Positions 35,301-42,984 of a stretch of DNA of 42,984 nucleotides are shown piece after piece; position 1 is the stretch's first letter, and every line of letters starts with the position of its first letter. Position numbers and translations under genes: made by a program. This DNA comes from Klebsormidium nitens. Its lineage: Eukaryota; Plantae; Klebsormidiophyceae. Below the pieces are notes generated by a model. It had not been told where the DNA came from. It worked only from the letters and a program-made list of their open reading frames with translations, and ran no database searches. The stretch spans positions 38,184 through 81,167 of the forward strand of contig DF237378.1 of the NCBI GenBank assembly GCA_000708835.1, given 5' to 3'.

Positions 35301-38300
35301 ATTCAATCTGAGCTTCTAGACCTTGTTTTAAGTTTGCCGCTACGAGCTAGGCTCAGGGCGATACATCGATGTTGAAGGGTCAGGCAGAGTCCCAGGACAC
35401 ATAAGCGAACGTTAAATTTGGATGGTTCTCGTGCAGGTATGAGGGTGACGAGCAAGTTTTCCGGCATCGGCAAGACGATCACGGAAGCGGGCCTACGAGG
35501 AATCGAGGGCCTTTACTTGGTCGGCATCGACCGCGCAACCGGCGAGTCTCTGAGGGTGGTGCAACCAGACACAATCATCCAGGTAAATCTAATTCCCCCT
35601 TTTGTCTTGACCCGATCTTACGACTCTCCGTATTGTGTCAATAAAAGAGGATTGCTTGCTTGGCAGGACGGCGTTTTGAGTTCAGGCTATTGGACGTCTT
35701 CAAGGCCTGTGGTTATTCTACCACGACGTATAAGCAAGCGACGCGTGGGCAGCCACGGAGGTGGTTCCAAGCCGAAGGCCTCGAAATTCCTCTGAAACCC
35801 ACCTTGCAGAATCATCGGGAAAACGGCAGTGTGGTTCGGCGGGGTTTCAACCCTACCAGGACGAGGTTAAACCAAGCTGTGACACATACTCCGATTGGAA
35901 AAACAGTGACCTTGACGTTGACCGTGCTAAACCCCTCACTTCATAACCCGAGACGTGCGGAGTACTTGACGTCGACCCCTCTCCGTGCCCGGATGGAAAC
36001 CCGCTGGGTCTGAGAAAGCATATGAAAAGCAAACTCGAGCTTTACCCGGTTCTTTTAACTTTCCTAACGCAGTACATCCTCAGGTAAGCGATTGCAAGCG
36101 ACAGTCGCTGACGTCAGCAGATTCTGAAGCCGGCAAGTTTTACGTCGCAGGACGGAGACCTTCTGTGGTTCTCAGGAAGCATCGAGAACGTGTACTTCGT
36201 GCTTAAGATCACCGGTCTCGAGCATCACCAAGCTTCTCAGATTGGCCAGCTCAAGGTCGGGATCCTGAACCGCCAACTCGTCCAGGTAAGCCGATGACGT
36301 CAGCCGCGCTTCTCGGTGACGTCAGCATACCCGGATGGCTTGTCCGCCTTTCTTTGCTGCGCGCCGGTTGATCCAAGTGAGATCGCGAGCCGCAATTCTT
36401 GACTGAGTCATGCTACACGGAATTTGCTCAGCATAAATGTGCGGATCTGACCGTCAGGCCTTAAGCAGCCACGCGTGTCGCCCGTCTGGAATTTGTGAGT
36501 GCTCTTGGATTTCCGGAAATCTTAAGAGAGACCAGAAGGATTGCACTGAGCAACTTTCCTTATGTGCAGGTTTCCGTGGCATATGACAGCCCTATCTCCG
36601 GGCAAACCGTTCGGCAGGCCGCGTTCCGGACCAAATACGACGCCGTCGTTCTGGCAATCCATCGCCAGGTAAAGTATTCTCGCTCGACAATTTCCAGCTG
36701 CTTGGAATGGTGTACGTTGTGGAAATGTATTTCGATTTCGAGCTGACACTACCCTGCCACATCCTTTGATGTGGCAAGTTTGAGACGACGTCTGCGGGAA
36801 AAGGTATGTCTGCCGACCGCTGTGTCGTTTCTTGCAAGTTACACCGTGAGTCGGGGTCATTCGGCTCGACATCGGAACGAGCTTTTCGCAGTGCAGCACT
36901 TCAGGCTAATTGCGCGATTTGGTCACCAAAATTTGCCAACACGTTCTGAAAGGTGTGTCTTTTTAGAAGCCTTCCTCCAGAATCACTGGTAATCCGCAGA
37001 CTTCTGCTTCCGCAAGGCAACGTACTTCCGCTTAACACCAACACAAGCTCTCCCCCAGGTTTCACTGCATTTCGAAGTTACAGAAACCAAGGAAGCCGTT
37101 GCGGCTTCACCTTTGAACACGGATATTGATATTATTTTCTTTTCTTCCCAGGGTCAGCGCCTTGCCGCCGACGTGCGAGACATTCCGCTCCAGCCGGGCG
37201 ACGTTCTTCTGCTGGACACCGGAACGAGCTTCCCCAAGCGCTTCAAGGATGATCGTGCGTTCTCGATCATCAAGGGCGTCTCGGACACGTCACCGCTTAA
37301 GTCGAACAAGATGTGGATCGCTATCGGCTTGGCCACCGCTATGATCTCCACACAGGTAAGCACTTTCAAATGTCGAGCGGTGCATATTGCAGCAAAGTCT
37401 AATCCGGACATAGACCCGGTTCTTGAGCCTCCCTCTCAGTCATTGCCCGGTCAAGTTCTGGAAACGTGGAGCGCGGTTGGCCGGGGCACTGATATGAAGG
37501 CCACAACAATTACCGGCTCTCATCTTCAGGCGGTCGGATTGTGGGACTTGGACGGCTTTGCGAATCTGAGGTTTTCGGTTTCATGCGTCGCGAGGTGTAC
37601 TTGGCTGGCTTGTGAAAGCGCACGGAGCAGCGGAGGCAGTCAAAACTTTCGTCATCACCTAAAATATTCCATATTCAGATTTAATGCTCCGTTCTCGCTG
37701 CCAGGGTGTCGTCACGTTCTGTCTTTCGTTCGCTCCGTTCTTTCAGATTACCAGCGGATGCGCTCACATACCGTCCCGGTGTACATGACTTTGATCACCA
37801 CGGGGTTTTTTGGGGCAAGCTGAGCTGCTGCTTCCGGTTCCGTTGCTGATCGCTCGTCCGTCCGTTCCGTTCAAGAGTGCGAACGGAGCGGCCAGACTCC
37901 GGTTTGGAATAAACGAAAGTTTTTATGGGAGAATCATCACTGTGAAGCTTTTGCTCCTGAGCGGGCTGCTTCCGGTTCCGTTGCTTAATCCAGCCCCTCG
38001 TTCCGTTCAGATTGCGAGCGGAGCAGAAGACGCCGGTCCGGAGTGCAGCAATTTGTCTGCCGAGGGGCTCATAACTTCCGGGCTATTGCTTTTAAGTGGC
38101 TGCTCAGTCTGCTAACATTCCAAACCCTGTTCCGTTCCGTTCAGATCGCGAGCGGAGCCGCAGACGCCGTCCCGGAATACATCACCATATGTTCACCGCG
38201 GGGTTCATTACCGCGAAGCTTATGCTCCCATGAGCGACTGCTTCCAGTACCGTTTCTGACTTTCCGTCCGCTTGTTCCGTTAAGATTGCGAGCGGAGCCG

Positions 38301-40067
38301 CAGACGCCGTCCCGGAATACATCAACCTGTTTACACCGGAATCATCACGGCGGGGCTTATGCTCTTAAGCGGCTGCTTCAACGGGAAGCAGGCACGTGAC
38401 AGCATCGACTGGCGCGTATACGTGACCATCGCGTTTGCGTTTGCGTTCTCGACGGCTATGGAAACGTCGGGCGTCGCGCAGGCCATCGCTGACGTCTTCA
38501 CCGACATCAGTGAGTCGATTCGGCTCTCCTTGCCGATGCAAGTATGGCCTGAATTGGGGGGACCTGCCAAAGGTCGCCCGTGCCTATCCGTAGTCTGTGC
38601 TGTGTCAATAGGCTATCTGCGCTCGGTGACAGATCAGACTGCTCAATCTGTACTCCTCAGTTCCAATCGTTGCGATGTATATTTTCGATGTTTTCTGCGT
38701 TTGGTCAACGTCCAGTACAATCTGCTTCGATCAACGTGTCCCGATCGCTTGCTTTTGCGCTCCGCAAAGTGATTGTTCGTGGCCAATTGTTCACTTCAAT
38801 TTCAATTCGCCCTCCTGTGGACGACTTCTTCCAAAGTGAATAAAGAAAGCTTGACATGCGGGCGGGAGAAAGGCGTTCGCTTTCTTTGAGTCCGACATTT
38901 TCTCCCAAAATTTCAGCCGGCTTCATGGAGAAATCCTTTTCAACGAGCCTAGAGATTGTAACACTTCTCACATCCTTGTCACAGGCGACGCCATCGGCGG
39001 AAAGGCGGCCGCGTTCGTGGCGATTTACATTACGACCGCGTTCCTATCCGAGATCGTGAGCAACAACGCGGCCGGCGCGCTTATGTACCCCATAGCCGCT
39101 CGGCTCGGGGACGCGCTCGGGGTCGTGCCATCGCGTATGACGATTGTGGTCATGCTGGGGGCGTCGGCTGGGTTTACGCTTCCGTACAGCTACCAGACCA
39201 ACCTGATGGTGTTTGCCGGTAAGCGCTTTCTATCCAGAAGATATTCAACCTCTGTTTCCGGCCAGGGTCTTATGATCACATTATCAAGATCTTTTGAAAT
39301 AACAGCATCCCTACACACGCACAAGCGTAGGTTTGTTATCGTTGGGATCTGATCCTTCTCGTCAATTGACGGAGCGATCTGATAACTTCGCGTGCTCATA
39401 AGAGCAGTGGATGGGCTCTACCGATTTGGGCCGCAAGTTCACTACTCTGCACTTCGTTTTGAAATTGGGCTAGCCTTTGCTTGGCAATCTGTAGCGGAGC
39501 TGATTTACCTGCATATTGTATCCTGACTTCTGTTGCCAGTTCTTACAAAGTCTAATGTTGCTGCAAGAGCTTTTTTGTCCTTTTCAATGAGGTACCGTAG
39601 CGAGTGTCGTCCCTTTGATTTTGCTGTCTCGAGAAACGTCGAACCACTCGGCCAGCCGAGACAATGTGATGCATTCTTTCCAATCTAGCATAAGCGCTTT
39701 CCCCAACTTCGGCAGACGATCGCCGCTCCCGGCCAGCTCTTCAAAGCGTTTCTGTGCTCACCATTTGCATCTTACCCTAGTCTCTCTTTTTACAGCCGGC
39801 GACTACCGCTTCCTTGAGTTTGCCAAGTTCGGCCTCCCGTGCCAGCTGTTCATGATCGTTTCGGTGATCATCATCTTCGCGCTAGAGGATACGATCTGGG
39901 CGTCGATTTCCATCGCCGTTGCGCTTTTCGCGGCGATCCTTGCGGGCCCTTTGCTCTGGGTTGTTCTCCCCGAGTCTACGAAGGATCGGCTCCGTTTCTG
40001 GGGGCCCAAAGTGAAGGCACAATATGTAAGGGCTCCCGAATTGACGAACGGGAAGATTGTCGATTAG
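29347..40067 (+). CDS. SLT: SLC13/DASS-family sodium/sulfate cotransporter-like protein (SLT/SAC1-like) with TrkA-C (RCK_C) repeats, 15 exons, about 858 aa after restoring one missing base at about 38335
   Basis: Exons 29347-29429, 30137-30285, 30978-31238, 31868-31937, 32529-32733, 33913-34143, 34520-34688, 34989-35081, 35437-35582, 36151-36285, 36570-36668, 37152-37355, 38285-38509, 38985-39218, 39796-40067; all introns GT-AG. DASS motifs: SAFLNNTPIVA, LIGTSTNLV, SEIVSNNAA, PYSYQTNLMV and GDYRFLEFAKFG. TrkA-C-like segments include VGKSIREIGFRGRFHAAVLSVKR...GDVLVL. Phases are consistent except that exon 13 is 1 nt short. Confidence 0.93.
33400..33995 (+). repeat. Tandem array, 160-168-bp unit, 4 copies, of the SLT exon-6 acceptor and first about 27 codons
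   Basis: Copy starts at 33422, 33582, 33750 and 33913 (real exon); each encodes a variant of GHVSHAVGPDFFLESGDLLYFSGQIKQ. Confidence 0.95.
37730..38380 (+). repeat. Tandem array, 129-140-bp unit, 5 copies, of the SLT exon-13 acceptor and first about 31 codons
   Basis: Copy starts at 37747, 37876, 38011, 38145 and 38285 (real exon). Most are preceded by TTCCGTT(C/A)AG-type acceptors and encode variants of IASGAADAVPEY...GLMLLSGC. Confidence 0.92.
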
Positions 40068-40158
40068 GGCCGTCGATTAAAGCAGCGGGAACGAGAAACT
40101 GGAAGGGTTGCGTTGAGATGTAGGGTTGCGACATTCCAGAGTTCTAACGTTTATTATT

Positions 40159-40207
40159 GTACGTACTATTTTACTAGGATGAAGTACGTACTATTTACTT
40201 GGATGAA
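40159..40207 (+). repeat. Short direct duplication of about 25 bp downstream of the SLT stop codon
   Basis: GTACGTACTATTTTACTAGGATGAA followed by GTACGTACTATTTACTTGGATGAA. Confidence 0.8.
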
Positions 40208-40550
40208 CTTACACTAGTGCATGATCGGTCGACTCGAAAGTTGCTGATATAACAGAGGGAGAATATGAAAGAATGGACACGAGTCGTAGAAGGCCCTCAA
40301 CAATGTCCGGCACCCCAAGTTTATCAAGGAGGGTCGCATGTCGAAAGAAGTAGCACTTGTTATCAACTTATTCGTTTGACTTTCCGACTTGAGAAGCAAA
40401 TGACGCTTCAGCAGAGCTCGGCGATGAACTTCGGAGTCTTTGAAGCGCAAAGGTAAATTCCAAGCGCTAGAGATGTCCAACTTCGATTTGGCGTGAGTTC
40501 GAGAAAGTGGGAAGGCAATCTTGCCTAAGCTCGTCAGAGTAATGCGCCAT

Positions 40551-40613
40551 ATTTACTTTATTCATGCAACGTCATCAACATGATGCCGATGACGTTGCAT
40601 GAATAAAGTAAAT
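40551..40613. repeat. Perfect 26-bp inverted repeat with an 11-nt loop
   Basis: ATTTACTTTATTCATGCAACGTCATC (40551-40576) is the exact reverse complement of GATGACGTTGCATGAATAAAGTAAAT (40588-40613). Confidence 0.95.
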
Positions 40614-42984
40614 TGGCAGTATCGATCGTTTTATTTTTGGTCCTTCAATGCTTGCGATCGGGCCTGTTACTGATGGAAGCCCGGCTAGGAGTTTTCCATG
40701 TGATATGCTGACACTCGTTCAATATATTATTGTTGTGGCTCCGGCGAATCCCAAGTGCCTGGTCGCAATATCCTGCCAGCCAATAATTGCATGCGGAAAT
40801 CTGGCACAGGCTGCAGTGCATGCATGATGTGCCTTTCAGTGCATGATGTGCGGCGTTAAGTTCACTCGCGTACTGAAACGGACCGTCAATGAATGATGTG
40901 CGAACAATGACGTACGGACACTCGTTCAACTGGGACCGTTTTATACTGAGTCACCGTCTGGTGGTGCAGGCGATGCCATGATGAAGTCACGTGCCACCGC
41001 CGGCACTAGTCTCATGTGCACTAAACTCCGGACGCCAAAATTGGCTTTCACGGGGCAAGGTTGAAGGCCCGCAAGAAACAAAAAGCGACCTCCATGGGGG
41101 GTCTCTCTTCACAGGCTCAAGCCTCATTCACAATCTCAGTCACGGTCAGTGACAGTCACAGCCTCACAGGTACCAGATACTGAATCACAGTCATGTATGC
41201 ATGCAGCTACAAATCTGGTTGACACTGTTAGGTGGGCAACGGTTTGACGGCTGGCTACCCGGACGGCAATTTGGCAATGACGAGTGCCCGGCCCGGAGGA
41301 CCGCTGTTAGCTGGTGTGGTACCGACCGGCCAGCTTCAAAGTATGGTCGCGGCATGGGAGGGTTTTCATATATTGTTCACACATGAAGATTGCTAGAGAC
41401 ACTGATAAAACAGTGTAGCTAGATTTGTGATCCAACTAGATTGTCGATCCAACAAGTGACTAGTCTGAGGGAACGGTCAACCGGTCACCAGACTCCGGAC
41501 TCCGGAGCTGCTGGACTCGAGCGGACAGTTCGCTCAGCTGACACACGTCAAACCTGGCAATGTCGGGCCACTCTACAGTGTGCACATGTTGACGCCATGT
41601 TGCGAAACGATTTACCTAGCTCCTCTGACAATTCGACTGGAAGCAAAGATCAATAGTAATAGAGAGTAAGGGAGTGTAAATGAGGGAATTTGTGACCATC
41701 GCAACAAAGCTCTGAATCGTAAATTAAAATACCGAGGGTATTCACATTTTCTGACACGCAAAACACATCTATCCTCGGGATTAAATCCTCCGGCAGAAGT
41801 GTTAAAGTGCAGTGCCGTGCACAGCACGGCACTGACGCGCAAGAGGCACAAAGTTGACGAATAAAATTTGGGAGAATCGGACATGGACGCCTAAGTTTCT
41901 CGGACGGCGGCCGGTAAAGTGCTCGGCTAACACCAAACCGCACGAAAACCCTCACAGGTCAGTGGCCGAGCTTAGCCGTACAAGGAACCCTTAATCGGAG
42001 ATCAGTCACAGGGAAGGGACGCGACCCTTAAACAAACCGTCACAAGTAGTGGCGTAACCCTAACATACCATCAAATCCCTACCTTTGGCATCGGATCACA
42101 GGTGGGAGGGCGCCATGCAAGAGCTTGGAGCGATGGAGCGCCTATTTTCTTGGTGGACGTTCAAGAGCCGTGTAAATAAGGTTAAGAGACTGGTTTATAT
42201 AACTTCTGTTACTTAACTAGCTGATTAACACGTGGCACCGATAGGCTTTTGAACTGTTGTAATGCATTAATGCATCGGTACATACTCTTAGGGTTCTGTG
42301 GCGCCATGAGGTACGTACCTCCGAATATGTGTACCTGTCAGAAAATGCATGTCAACACCATTTTATGTCGACCCTTAGTGAAACGCTATGTTGCGAACGT
42401 GATGATGTGCTCTCTGAATACTCCCGCCCCCTGCGGAAGTCCCACCAGGGTTGCACGCGTATAAGATTGCGACACGTGGCATGCAGACACTTGCTGCTGC
42501 AGAAACAGGTGTGCGCGCTAAGCCGCGGCGCGGTACAAGTTCGACTTGCAGAATGCGGAGTCTCCGTCCTTCAGGGTTTAGCACCGGGAGTCGTTGGTAA
42601 CTACGTGCGACTCCGGACTCAGAGCCGCACGATGTCACGCTGTAGAGGCTCGTTGCCGTGGCTCATCACAGCTGCGCGCGCGCGCGAGTTGTGAGCCGTT
42701 GATATTAGGGCTCGACCCGATCAGACGGCCCTGTAGGTTGCTGCTGTTTGTAGTCTACTGTGTGTAGACTCGAATGCTGAGTGACTGCGGCCAGCCCTGT
42801 AAGCTGGACCCCAAAGTTGCTGATGCAACTTTCTGTGTAACGGCACGACTGCGCACCGACTTCTGGCTGCGCGCCAAACTCGCGGCCGCGCATCGTCCGT
42901 TATTATACGCTATCGACTTATTTGATATATCGAATCACTACACGACACGTGTCTGGGTTACTGCTCCACCGCGTGACCGTCCGA

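Noticed and set aside
36109-36324. Three TGACGTCA palindromes in SLT introns 9-10 as a regulatory cluster
   Set aside because: The same octamer occurs elsewhere in the window (for example about 13492 and 23947, and within exon 7), so enrichment cannot be supported without a background count.
12090-38380. Tandem arrays as CRISPR-like repeats
   Set aside because: The units are 130-225 bp, diverged along their whole length and derived from adjacent exons. There is no constant repeat with unique spacers and no cas genes, and the context is eukaryotic.
41810-41834. Perfect 11-bp hairpin CAGTGCCGTGC-ACA-GCACGGCACTG as a Helitron end or terminator
   Set aside because: No CTRR follows on either strand, and bacterial-type terminators are not applicable. 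The hairpin is real but unexplained and short.

Overview
Eukaryotic nuclear DNA with GT-AG introns of about 250-1400 nt and about 50% GC. An intron-rich SLT-type transporter and a plant-type aldo-keto reductase suggest a green alga or early streptophyte such as Klebsormidium (inference). Bases 1-17,500 are decayed DNA with no confidently recognisable domain, apart from the remnant of a spliced minus-strand gene at about 11.2-14.1 kb. Next come a probable orphan low-complexity gene (minus strand, 19,855-17,978) and another degenerate spliced fragment (about 20.7-21.5 kb). Two clear plus-strand genes follow: a 6-exon aldo-keto reductase (22,676-27,855, 337 aa) and a 15-exon SLC13/DASS sodium-sulfate cotransporter-like gene with TrkA-C domains (29,347-40,067, about 858 aa) that carries one 1-nt frameshift near 38,335. 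The most unusual signal is that five introns in three unrelated genes are built from tandem, decaying copies of the adjacent exon-intron junction (units of about 130-225 bp). Some copies keep the splice site, stay in frame, or differ from the exon mainly at third codon positions. All coordinates and counts were made by hand from the sequence; no database searches were run.
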